Of a stretch of DNA of 64,000 nucleotides, positions 51,941 to 64,000 are shown in pieces. Numbering within the stretch: position 1 is the stretch's first letter; each line of letters opens with the position of its first letter. Under the pieces are notes generated by a model, which did not search any database, was not told the DNA's origin, and saw nothing but the letters and a program-made list of their open reading frames with translations. Location: NCBI RefSeq assembly GCF_009914755.1, contig NC_060930.1; one strand, given 5' to 3'. This stretch comes from the human T2T-CHM13v2.0 reference genome, Homo sapiens. The position numbers were made by a program, and so were the translations under genes.

Positions 51941-53040
51941 TTTGCGATTACTCCTTTAATGATGAGCAACTTTTATGCATTAATCTGACTTCTTATAGTC
52001 TGTAACTTGGAAGTTTCAGGATTCTTTTTCCGTGGATCAGTTCTTAGTCAAAGGTGAGGAAGGGCATGAGGAGCTAATTTTAAAGGAAAAAAGAATTCAA
52101 TAGTACTTCCCTAATGGCTGTTTTCGTTGTCTAAATCATCAGCATTTTTTATTCTAGAGCAAACTTGCTAATATTATTCACAGTATAAAGTTGTTGGCTT
52201 TTTTGTTTTTGTTTTTCTCTCATTAAATGTCACATAGAGCAGAAAACAACAATACCAGCATTACGGCACCTGGAGTTCCCTAGTGGCTGAGGCAGGGAAA
52301 GGATAGTTTCCTTTAATGAAATCCCTGAGGGACCAGGGAAGAGACAGAATGCTAATATGAGCTTCCCAACATAAATCCCAACAAATCAATATGCCGGAAC
52401 CTCGGAAAAGCCGGGAGTGGTATTGGTGTGTGAGTGCAACAGACTTACCTGGCAGATGGGCCTCCATCATGTATAAGCTCTCACTGTGTGTTAGTACTGC
52501 ACTCACAAATTTATATTAGCATCCCGATTAATTCTCACTTTAGCCCTGTGAACTAAATGGTATCAGCACAAACAGTTGACAGATGTGGAAGATAAGATGT
52601 AGAATGGTTAAAATCACATGGCTAGTCAGTGGCAAATCTGAACTGGAACTCTTAGTCTTAATAAATTTGCTATGTTGCCTCCCAAAATCTTTTGCTAGTT
52701 ATATATTGTTAAGTTACATTTTTACTTATACAGAGATGGACATTCCTTACATAATTTTTCTTTCAATAGCTGCATTCTGTTAGTTTTAGTGACCAATCCT
52801 TTGTTGTGCCTATTATGTGACGTAACACGCCCACAATAAAAATCTTTAATTCTGACTATTCTGTCTCTGAAACAATATTTTTTATCAGATGAATCCTTAG
52901 AATTATGAGGATTTCATTATATAGAGAGATGTGTGGAAGAGTGGGTATATTTCCATCAAGTATTATTATTCATTTCATACATAGAACAAAACATATTAGA
53001 GCAGTGCCGACAACACTTTACAATAAGAAAACCCTCTACG

Positions 53041-53540
53041 TGTCAGTCAGGGTTCTTTGTTGCAAGCATCAGACACTGACTCTTGTTAACTTCAGCAAAA
53101 GAGAGATCTGCTGGCAGAATATCAGGAAGCTCAGTTGTTTGCGGAGAAGCCTGAAGACGCTATAAACTGGCAAAAATGCAGGCAGGTTCCTCAGCAAGAA
53201 CCACAGCCAAGGTCATGCTGCAGGAACAGCCTGGTTGGGGTGCCCCGCCCAGCTCTGCTGCTGTCACACTACCCTCGGCCTCCACCCTGGGCAGCGCTGC
53301 ACTTCCCGCTGCAAGATGCCTCGTGAAATGAATTCCAAACTGTCCCTGCTCCTTTCTATCACTTGCTCACAATGCAAAGTGGCAGGAAGGATCATCAGAT
53401 TGGCCAAGCCTGGGTCACCTGATCTACCTGTCGGGGCAGGGAGAGGTAGTCTCTGACCCCCTTTGAATTTCAGAGAAATGAAAACTAGCCTTTCACCAAG
53501 TAGGAAAGGGTTTCAGATGCTGAACAGCTACAGAAACAGG
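53041..53540 (-). mobile_element. MLT1K/L-like LTR
   Basis: tgtcagtcagggttctttgttgcaagc...attggccaagcctgggtcac. Confidence 0.75.
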
Positions 53541-54821
53541 ATTAAACTGTAAAAGTAAAATATTTTTAGCCATTAAGTACTCACATGGAATTTTTAAGGT
53601 GTCATGAAAAGGCAACATAGTCTTTGAAAGAAACTACTTTTCTATAGTATAGACTTCAATTATCTCAAAATAGCTATTGAGCTGGGGAGGGTCACTTACT
53701 CTACATTTGCATGCAGATGATCTTGCTAGTCATTTGGTTTTGTGTTGAGAATTCCAATATGACATTCGGCAGTTACTGGAACAAAGACCGAGTTTGCATC
53801 TTCCTTCCATTTATTTCATTTATCTCTGATAGGCTTTGTGGGAATCGTTGTCTCTAATCCAAGCTATCAGAAAGCCTTTTACACATTCCTTCTGGCGATG
53901 CCTAATTTTCAGTGTGCTTGGAGTAATCAGTTTGCATTTTTTTATTGAGCTCCTTTAAAAGCAACTCCTCCCCACAAAGGAATGTTATGTTTCTGAATTT
54001 TATTGTTCTGCTCAGAGATTAAGCATTTGTATCACCATAATATGAAATGTATTCTGCCAGCCTATTAGTACTACAATAAAACTGATGTGACAAAGTTTTA
54101 ATTCATACAATATTTATAGTGTTTATCCCTAGCTTTAAAAGCAGAGATCAGAGTACATGCAAGAGACCATATGAGATCTTTAACATAGCATGTTTATTTT
54201 ATTATACTGGAATTATATCTTCATATGATAGAAGTCTAATCAAATTTGGTATGTTAAAGATGAATAAAATGGCATTATTACAAATGCAGCCAAAATAAAA
54301 TTAACAGTGGTAAATGTCATGGAGACTGCAACTGTCAGCCTAAGGCATGAGAGGAACTGTAGTATAATTTTTTTAAAAAACTGCTTAAAGAAACAAACTG
54401 TTAGTCTTGTCCTAAAAGGGGCACTCAGTATAGTCTTAATATAGTGAGGCTTGATTCACAAATCATTATTCACTTGCAAAATCCATGATATTTATTTGAT
54501 CCTTAAAAAATAGATATATATTATTTAACACCCCTCAGAACTTCTTCCCCAAAACATACATGAAAATCCTAAGTTCATTTTTATAGTTTAAGTATGCTGT
54601 ACAAAGAATCTGAAGAGTCAGCCTCAAACAGGCTTTCTTTAAAAAAGGATCAAATTACAGTACAAATTAGAGAAAAAAATACAGGATTAATGTCTATAAA
54701 GAAGTGATTAAAAGACTCAAGCAAAGAAATTCTTAGCTGTGCGTGTTTTAGGAAGAAAAAAGTTTCATTTGAAAGAAAGTTAAAAAGGGTTAAATATTTA
54801 ATACTCTTTGTGTATACTAGT

Positions 54822-55211
54822 TGATATACTTTGGGTATTCGTACCTATCTAAACCTCATGTTGAATTGTAATCTCCAGTGGTGGAGGTGGGGCCTTGTGG
54901 GAGGTTTTGAATCATGGGGGCAAATCTCTTCTGGCTTGGTGCTGTGTTTGTGATAGCTCTTGTGACATCCGGTCATTTAAAAATGTTCCTTCCAACCACT
55001 CTCTCTCTGACTTGTTCCTGCTTTCATCATGTGATGTGCCTGCTCCCTTCACCTTCTGCCATGATTGAAAGCTTCCTGAGAGTTCCCCAGGAGCAGATGC
55101 CACTATGATTCCAGTATAGCCTCCAGAACCGTGAGCCAATTAAACCTCTTTTCTCATAAATTATCCAGTCTCAGATATTTCTTTATAGCAGCGCAAGAAC
55201 AGCCTAATACA
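54822..55211 (+). mobile_element. MSTA-like solo LTR (MaLR)
   Basis: TG...CA ends; perfect 5-bp TSD CTAGT at 54817-54821 and 55212-55216; gtgagccaattaaacctcttt. Confidence 0.92.
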
Positions 55212-55316
55212 CTAGTTATTGGTTCTTAGCATAATACTAACCCTCCTCTTTTGACTACTTCTCACGTGTGAAGCACTGTGCTAAGCATTTCCATATCTTA
55301 TTCAACTTAATCTTTT

Positions 55317-55613
55317 TTTTTTTTTTTTTGAGATGGAGTTTCATTCTTGTTGCCCAGGCTGGAGTGCAATGGTGCGTTCTTGGCTCACCACACCCTCAGC
55401 CTCCTGGGTTCAAGTGATTCTCCTGCCTCAGCCTCCTGAGTAGCTGGGATTACAGGCATGCACCAACATGCCAGGCTAATTTTTTGTATTTTTAATAGAT
55501 ATGGGGTTTCTCCATGTTGGTCAGGCTGGTCTTGAACTCCCGACCTCAGGTGATCTGCCCACCTTAGCCTCCCAAAGTGCTGGGATTACAGGCGTGAGCC
55601 ACTGCATCCGGCC
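55317..55613 (-). mobile_element. AluSp inserted into a MIR
   Basis: gtttcattcttgttgccc, gtttctccatgttggtcagg, actcccgacctc; TSD aacttaatctttt at 55304-55316 and 55614-55626. Confidence 0.95.
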
Positions 55614-58011
55614 AACTTAATCTTTTAATAGCCCCATGAGGTAAATATCATTAGCACCATTTTATGGGTACAGAAACTGAGGCTTAGAAACAATGGAGCA
55701 TTTGAACCTTACCTTGGCTTCAGTGTCTGTACTCTAGCCCTATGTTGCACTTCTGCCTTTGAGTATTCCACTTCCTTTAATATTGGTGAAGCAAAGCCAG
55801 GCTATGTCTTACCATGCTATTTGATATAAGAAATCATATACCAATGTTTTATACACCATGCTTATCTAGGACAGTGTCCCAGAGGCTCTCAGAAAACAGT
55901 TGAAATTATAAAGTTACTGACTTCTCCAACCTCGCAACAAACTTCTAATAATAACCCTTGGAGTTTTTCTACAGTGAAGTTTAGGTATGCATACTATCAG
56001 ATTTGGGGCTGAACTTCAAAGTTATCCTGCTTAGGCAACCTCAGGAGGGAGAGGGTGGACATTTTGGTGGGCTCTTAAAATCATGACTAAAGAAAAAAGG
56101 CCTGAAGAGGTCATACTTGAGACCCTTCCCCATAGGATAAGAGGGTATTCCACCAGAGGTGCTGCACTGCTTTCTAAAATGTTAAACAAAAATTTGGCTT
56201 CCAATGAGAACACATATAACCAAATTCAATATCATTGAGAGTTGTCAGTGGAATGTGAAAAAAGAATTGATGCTAAGCTGATAGGGTTTTTTCTCCCTAA
56301 TATACTTTACTCTTAACCTAGATTCTCTTAGTCTTTCTTTTCTAGTCTGCACCAGGTGCTTCTACTTCACTATAGGAATGAGTTACTTCCCTTGTTTTAA
56401 CTTTCATAAAATCTTAAATATTTAGAATTGAATATTCTTATATTTGAACGAAGAATATTTGAACGACAAATATTCTTAATGAGAAAAGGCTATTTTTATA
56501 GAGGCACGATATGTCTTTTTCTCATGAAGTTTTAGAAACTTGTAGTACAAATAGTTTGTATTATATATATAATGATATACTTAGGTCATTAGCGAATCAG
56601 GGCTGGAGTTGTTACAGGGACCCCGTTATTGTATTATATTGTCTTTCATACACTCTGGTATTGTTTGAGGACATTACATTACGTCATATTACATTATTAA
56701 ATTGTTTGAAAATGTTTTGAGGAGATGAAATAATCTTGCCAAGAAAAAAAGGCTGTATAAAAAAGCTTAGCACTTAAGATATCTGTATTCAAAGTTGAAT
56801 GTGAACAATCACATTCACTGTTTTCCTATTTCAAATACTTCATCTGGCATGAAGCATCTGCATTACATATCAATGGCATCAGTTGAAGTTTTGTTTTGAG
56901 CCAGGGTATAGCCTGCCTGAGGAAAATTTTCTTGTTTATATTAATATAGTTGAATGTATTTCTTTATTTCAATAACGGATTAAATATTGTACCTTGTATT
57001 GGAGGGCTATTTTTGGTGGCATTTAGATTAAGCGGAGCATATATGTGTGGTGGCATCACGTTATTTTATATGGGATGATTTTGGTGCCACAATTCAAAAA
57101 AATATTTATCGAACACCTATGTTTATGCACATGACATGATACAGTGCAGGCATATGATGATAAAGCAACATTGTCGTTGCCCTACAGTAATGCATGAAAC
57201 GAAGTTATTATAAATTTCTGTTTAATGGGGAATTTATTGATTACATATTCATGTTATTATCAAAATGGAGAGGTTGGACTTCTACCTAACCTGAGGATCC
57301 ACAGGGTTCTCTTGGAAATCTGAGCCAAGTCTCAAAGGATTGTAAGGGGAGCTTTCTTCAACAAAGATGATTATTATGGCTCCATGCCATTTTATCATAT
57401 CAATTCTGTGTAAATTAGGGGTGGTATTTTATTTGTTTTACTTACCCATTCTTTGTTCTCATTTCAATAAAATATCCAGGCACAATTGAATTAGCTTTTT
57501 CCCTGCAGAAGCACAGAATGCTGGTGACTCCTAGTGATGTTCAGTTCTCAGAACTAGTGTAAATATCCCTGTTTCAGAGCGTAACACAAGGGATAGAGAG
57601 GGGAGTTCTTTATTTTCTAAAACTGAACTTGAAAAATAGTTATCAAAGAGAGAAACCAGAAGAATATGGGTGTGGGAAGGACACTGGGCAAGACATTTCT
57701 GCCCAATACCATTCCTGTTGTTTTTTTCCAAGTTCAATCATTATAAGGCTTTCTGTATTTCTTAATCTCAACTTCCTCGTAGTGCATTATTTTCCATACT
57801 ATTCTTATCTCACCTGAGGGACTTTAAACCTTAAATCCATCTAAGTCTGAAAGTTGCTGAGACATGCTTATTAAATGGCCTAATTCTAGCAAGAAAAATA
57901 AATCTAGGTAATCTTGTATTTGCTCCCCTTCTCTACTGCCATTATGTTTATGTATGACAGTCTACTGCCAATAATCTATATTAAATCCATCCCTCTCACC
58001 AACCTTTTAAA

Positions 58012-58315
58012 ATTTCTTTTTTATTAATTTATTTCTAATTGACAAATCACTTTATATATATTATATGGAATATGATGTCGTGTATACATTGATCTATGTA
58101 TACATTGTAGAGTCAAACTAATTAACATTCCCATCACCTCATCAGCTTTTTGTTTGTGATGAGGACATTAAAAGGACATTAAAAATCTATTCTTTTAGCA
58201 ATTTTGAAATATACAATATAATTAACTGTGGTTCCTAGGCAGTGCAATAAATTACTAAAACTTATTGCTCCAGTCTAACTGATACTTTGTACCCTTTGAT
58301 CCGTATTTCTCTCCC
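58012..58315 (-). mobile_element. L1MA 3' end
   Basis: aattgacaaat...aactaattaacattcccatcacctc...agtctaactgatactttgtaccctttga. Confidence 0.85.
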
Positions 58316-58329
58316 TTTCTACAACATTG

Positions 58330-58690
58330 TGGTTAGGATTAAAGGAAACCAACAATAGATGGTAAAAGACTCTAGGGTAACAACAACGGTAAGCCTCTGC
58401 CACCTCTAAGCCTTAAAGTACAGGAGAAGGCAGTTACTGTAACCTGGCCACCAAACAGGACTTGTAATCTTAAGTTTAGGAATGCAACCATTGCCAAATT
58501 TTGGCGTAGAGTGAAGGAGCTATGTGAATAAGTATCCTTATTCTTTCTTTTCTGATCAACTTATTTCCTGCTATTGCTTGAGATTTACAGAGATCCGGAA
58601 AGTCTTATAATTGTAGTCTATGTAGGTAAGCGTCCTGAGATACAGAACAGAGTGGAGAAGTCAGGAGAGTAGATCTGGAGGAAATGTGAA
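58330..58690 (-). mobile_element. Old MLT1 LTR fragment followed by MIR (~58700-58820)
   Basis: cagaacagagtggagaag...agatctggagg; MIR tagatgaggaaactgaggcacagag. Confidence 0.55.
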
Positions 58691-58839
58691 ATATTTTTCA
58701 TACTCATTTGATCTTCAAAACAATCTTCAATAAGTACTATATTCGTACTATTTTTAGATGAGGAAACTGAGGCACAGAGGGGTTAAGTCACTTTTGCAGG
58801 GTCGCATAGAAAAGTGCTAAAGCTAATTGCATGTTTACT

Positions 58840-61700
58840 TCATTAATTTTTAAACTTTCTTCTTTACTAATACAAATGTTTATGATTATAAATAATGCTT
58901 CCAATGCATTCTACCCAATTTAATATGTAGTATGTTCATTATCTTTCAGTTGAAAATATTTTCTTATTTTCCTTGTGGTTTCTTTTTTTTATCTCCTTGA
59001 TTATTTAGATATTTCTTAATATCCAAATATATGGAGATTTTAATGGTTATATTTTCATTATTGATTTCTTTTAAAGTTATTAAGATCAGAAAATGTGATG
59101 GTTATACTAGCCCTTTAAAATTTGTTGAGATGCACTCTTCATTTATCTGATGAATTTTATAATGTTCTCTGTGAGTTTGAAAACAATGTGTATTCTGCAA
59201 TTGTTGGATCCAGTTATTTATATATTTTTATGTATGTAAAGCTTGTTAAGTGCACCCATTAAATATATAACTTACTGATGTAACAATAATTTTTGTTTGC
59301 TTAGGTTGACTTCTTCCTGTAATTCTTGATTGTTGCTATTTATACTTAAAAGGCTACTATATGAGTAAAGGCTTAGGATTTTTATATATTTCTGAATCTT
59401 TTATTAAATATGTAGTAATATTTTTATCTGTAATAATCCATTTTTTCCCTTCAAGTCTATTTTGTCTGATACCATTAGCGTGACACCAGTTTCTTTTGAT
59501 TGATAAATCTTTTTCCATCATTTTACTTTTAATATTTCTGAATCCTATGTCTTAGATGTATATTTTATAAATTGCTTTTTAAAAAGAAATCTGACAGAAT
59601 CCAATAAATTAATCATAATCTTTATTTTTTAAATTTTTTTTTGCATTTGCATTTATTGGAATTACTGATATATTTGAAATTATTTCTACAGTCATAGTTT
59701 GTGTTTTTGACTATCTTGCTTCTATGCTTCATTGTTCTCTATTCTTGCCTTCTTTTGGATTATTTTTCTTATTTAAATTTTTCTTCTGTCAGTTTGAAAA
59801 TATAGGTTTTTAAATGTATTTTTAATGGTTACTCTATCAAATTTAACATGAATATTTTTTGAAGTCTAAATTTAATCAATATTTTCCATCTCTTTCAAAA
59901 CAATATAATTTAATGTCTGTAAATCCAATTATTTCTCTTCTAAATATGTTTTATTGTCATGCATTGTAGTTTTATATTTTCTATCCCAGAATACATGGTT
60001 ATTGTTTAATGCAGTCAATATATATTTAGATTTATTTAAATATTAACCAGTGACTTTCCTAGTTCTAGCTTAGAAATGTTTTACATTCTCAGCTTGAGGT
60101 TTTCAGATTAAATAAGTAGCATGAGTTCAAATAAAAACCATGTGAAGCCTGGATTTTGTTTACGAATTCTCAAAGGAGTTCTCCTTCACAGAGAGCCAAG
60201 GGGATTCTCTTTATGGTCATTTTTTGAGAGGCAGGTGGTTGAATGAATTATTTTAAACTCACTCTCACCTTTTCACTGAGATTGTAGTGTTTGAGGTCCA
60301 GTCCAGTTTATGAGGGAAGGACATTTCATATTCTTTTCCTTTTACTTCTCAGATTTTCCATAAGAATCACTTTCCTTTTGCCTGAGGCATATAATTTAGA
60401 GATTATTTTAGTGATGGTCCACTGGTGAGCAAACCATCAGGTTTTCATTGCATAGAAATATATTGTGTTATCTTTTTCTTAAAAGATATTTTTACTTGGT
60501 ATAGAATTTAGATAAAGAATTTTTTTTCAACACATTGAAAATATTCCACTTGCATCTGGCTTGCACTGGTACCACTGAAAATCTGCTGTCAGTATAATTG
60601 TTGTTTCTTTAAAGGTAAACCTATCATTTTCTTCTGTTTTAAGATATTCTTTGTTTTATTAGTTGTAGTTTTGTAGTGATTTGCTTAGGGAAATTTTTTA
60701 TTCATCTTGCTTGATAGTTTTCAAAACATAGACAATTTAACTGATGAAAATTTTTAGACCTTATTCTCTCTTCTATATGTCTTAACATTTCATTTATGTT
60801 TTTCACATCTTTGTTTTTTTCTGCTGCAGTTTTCAGATCTAACTTACTGTTAAATAAAACTTTATTAAATTCACTATTTGAGTTTCAACTTTAATTGTTA
60901 TATTTTTATTTCCAAAAATTGCTTGGTTACTTTTCAAATATGGCTGGCCATTTTTAGTTTCTTGATCTTTATACTATTGATCCTTCCTATTTTAAAAAAC
61001 ATAAACATTTATTTTATAGTTTGATAGTTGAATATTTTAAACTGTTTGTCTGTCTGATTCTGTTTTCTTTTTTTTCTACTAAGTGACATATTTCTGTGTT
61101 TTGTAATTTTGACTGAGTAAATATTTCTTGGAGCATGAGACCTAGAATAAAGTTAAGTTTATACAAAGAAGATTTGCATTGTCTTCTACTAATTCAAGTC
61201 TAGAAATGTTTTACATTCTCAACTTGAGGTTTTCAGATTAAATAAGTAGCATAAGTAGCATGAGTTAATGTAAAACCCATGTGAAGCCTGGCTTTTGTTT
61301 ATAAATTCTCAAGGGAGTTCTCCTTCAACAGGAGCCAAGGTGTTTTTCTTTGTAGTCTTTTTTTTTAGAGGTGGGTGGTCGGATGAATTATTTTATGCTC
61401 GCTCTCACCTTTCCACTGAGATTGCAGTTCTTTGAGGTCCAGTTTTATGAGGGAAGGGCTTTTCATATTCTGTAAGTTAGGAGACCTTGGACTTCCCCCA
61501 CCCCCATATAACCCCTGACAGGTTCCAAAGTCATAAAAACGGAAGTAAAAATGTATCAGAATTTGGCAAATGCTCACAAGGTGAAAGCCAATTTCAATGC
61601 TTCCCATGTCTTTTTGGTTTTTTGCCTTAACTCAGTATTTCTTATTTTCTTGCCAACTCATACATAAATTTAAGCTTTTTAAAAGACATTTGATTCAATA
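58840..61700 (-). mobile_element. Ancient L1ME-like remnant (ORF2 start, ORF1, 5' region)
   Basis: T-rich antisense text: aatgtgtattctgcaattgttgga, aagtctattttgtctgat, aaatctgctgtcagt. Confidence 0.7.
60052..61471 (+). repeat. Dispersed direct duplication of ~280 bp (60052-60334 and 61181-61471)
   Basis: 49/50 identity over 60071-60120 vs 61201-61250; colinear to tttcatattct. Confidence 0.95.
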
Positions 61701-63049
61701 TTTACTCTTCTGTTTTTCTAGGAGTTTCACTCAAGGGACTTAGGTCACATATTCTGGAACATGAGTTGGCAATATCACTGACTAATGGGGAATCTTGATA
61801 CAAGTATTTCAGAGTGTTGGTAGACGATTCGGTAGTAGTGTAAGGAGGGAATGGACAACAAGGCTATTTGGTGGTAGGGAAATGAGGTGGCTGCTATTCT
61901 ATATCTACACCCATCCCAGTTCCCTTCCTTCTTTCTTCTATTCACAGAGTCCAAATCTCAATACTCTACCAAGATGGGAGCCACAGTATCTACAATTTTA
62001 GTCTTTATTTATTATAGATTTAAACACTATAGGCATCACAGAGTTCAAGGAAACCAAATTCTATTCTGTTAAAGTTTCAGAGCCAAGTAATAAATATTCT
62101 TTTTATGATTTATCAATTTCACTGATTACTAAAATACTGCAATATTTTCCCCCAACATTCCATTATTTATTTTATTATATTCTTATAATACCTTGTGACC
62201 TCACTGTCAATCTTGGGTCTCTTGGGACTAAACTGGCCTTTTTGGAAGCAGTTCAACCTCTGACAAGTGATGCCATTTCCAGATATGTAGATTCAGCATA
62301 GTTGAATGGAACAGGCAGCCCAGCGGGAGCAGCAGCAAACCGTAAAATCCACAATTTTTAAGTGTCAGGATAAGTATTTCATGGACTCATCCTGTTACTG
62401 TAAAATCAGATCAACTGGGAACATATATTCCAGCCAAATTTTGACAGGTGCAGCTACTGCCGTGGCTCTGCTATTCTTTCTCTAATCTGCCCATCTGCTC
62501 TCAGGATTCCTCTGATTCTCTTTGAAATATTTAATCTTCCACTTTCCTTATCCTCAAATACTCCACTTTGTCCTTTAAGACAAGGTCCACACAAACAAGT
62601 CAAAGCAGAGAGGAGCAGAGCTATTATCTGTAATTAGAGCAGTAAAGGCAACCAGTCTAAATAATTTCATCTTCCAAATTGGTTTTCTTGGCTATATTAG
62701 TCTAATTTTTTAATATTCTCTGCATTTTTAAAGGATTTTTCTGTCTGTACATAAGCAAGTAAGATAGCTAGTTGTTAGTAATGGATAAAATGTTGAAATG
62801 GATTCATTCATACAAAAGATTTTCATGAGCCTCTGGTAAATGTTAAACACTATTTTTTTCATGGCAGTTCACAAAACATTCCTTGTTTTCAAGAGCTTAC
62901 AAAATGTAATATTTTTAGTGATATCTTCATTAGTATTAAATTTTGGCATGAATCATTTTGTTTACTTTTTAATAAAGATCAGAAGAAAAAGTTGTCACAT
63001 TTCTGGTTATGTTGTGTGCCTTGTAGACTAGACTAGAAATAGCTCACAA

Positions 63050-63112
63050 GCTGTATAAAAATAGGAAGTGGGCTGGATTTGGCCCATGGGCCAGAATTTG
63101 CTAATCTTTGCC
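63050..63112 (+). mobile_element. MER58-like fragment
   Basis: gggctggatttggcccatgggccagaatttgct. Confidence 0.55.
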
Positions 63113-64000
63113 TTAGAACAATCAAATAAAAATGATTTATTATTTTCATTTTTCAGAAAGAACTAGGAGAACTTAGGTCAAAGTAGCAGAGCTTTGAATA
63201 TATTTCTAGAATTCTTTCTCATATTTCTCAAAATCCTATGTGACTCTCCTTTTCTCTGTTGTGCAAGTTTCTAGGAGAGGCCGGCATAAAAGTTACAGTG
63301 TTGAATGAAAAATTGGGAGAGTTTGGGACTCATGAGGCTGGTACCCCCTACCTGCTCCCTGAAAGCATATATGGTTAGCCTGATTCCATTCCCGATTCTG
63401 AGAAAAATAATAAAATGGATCAGGTGTGTCTCCCACCCTTTCTCTTCTTAGTCATAGTCCCTTAGGGTCATAGATTCTTCACACACTTCCTAATATCCTG
63501 GGAAACCCATACTCAAGGAGGAATCCGATATAGTTATACTACATTGTTAATGATGATGCTAGAGATATTATCCTAACCAAGGATTTGCATTTTGACTGGG
63601 GGCAATGCCCTGTGCCAAAATATTTAATATCTTCTTGCTATTTCAGTCATCTATGAATAATACAGATGAGGATAATATTTTTGAGGTTCTGATAAACAGA
63701 TGTCCATTTTCGTATCTGTCCATGAAGGTGACTTTAAGTCAATGTTTCTGAATTTTAAAGTATTACTCACTTTACTGTCAGTCTTACCCATCTTATGAGT
63801 GTCTTTTATTTTTTAATCACTAAAAGAGGAAGATAGGGACTAAATATTTTTATATGTAAATGTTTAAATGAAATAACATTTTATATTTTAGTATGCATCA
63901 TATTTGCTAGTTTTATACCACAGTGCAGTAAATTTGTATTTGTGACATATTCATAAGGTTTATAGAAGTGCAACCAAAAAGACAGCAATATCAATGATTC

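Noticed and set aside
52443-52455. ACTTACCTGGCAG matching the U1 snRNA 5' end
   Set aside because: Similarity stops after 13 nt; better explained as a minus-strand 5' splice-site consensus.
56148-56168. CTCF-like ccaccagaggtgctgc
   Set aside because: The 3' half departs from the GGCRC core.

Overview
Primate (human or great-ape-like) non-coding genomic DNA, AT-rich and dominated by interspersed repeats; it is not prokaryotic. I recognise no intact protein-coding gene, RNA gene or CRISPR array. The recognisable ORFs in the track are decayed L1 ORF1/ORF2 fragments or readthroughs of Alu, LTR12, L2 and MER repeats. Main content: an L1PA5/6-like LINE (1-5099) interrupted by a solo LTR12; a second full-length LTR12 (ERV9) inserted into an Alu; a 6-kb 5'-complete but tail-less L1M; a twin-primed L1PA7 beside a palindromic AT-rich array; nine Alus; and many MaLR, L2, MIR and hAT relics. 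The most unusual items are mechanistic: (1) an LTR12 starting at an internal TG yet with a perfect 4-bp TSD; (2) two back-to-back LTR12 NF-Y promoter arrays; (3) an apparently internally primed L1; (4) a PATRR-like palindrome that seems to have grown from an L1 TSD/tail; (5) a prematurely polyadenylated L1MA; (6) a ~280-bp local templated duplication. L1 strand bias and a few splice-site clusters hint at a + strand transcription unit. Subfamily names are from recall of consensus sequences, and boundaries of old elements are approximate. I found no evidence for a new multi-gene system.
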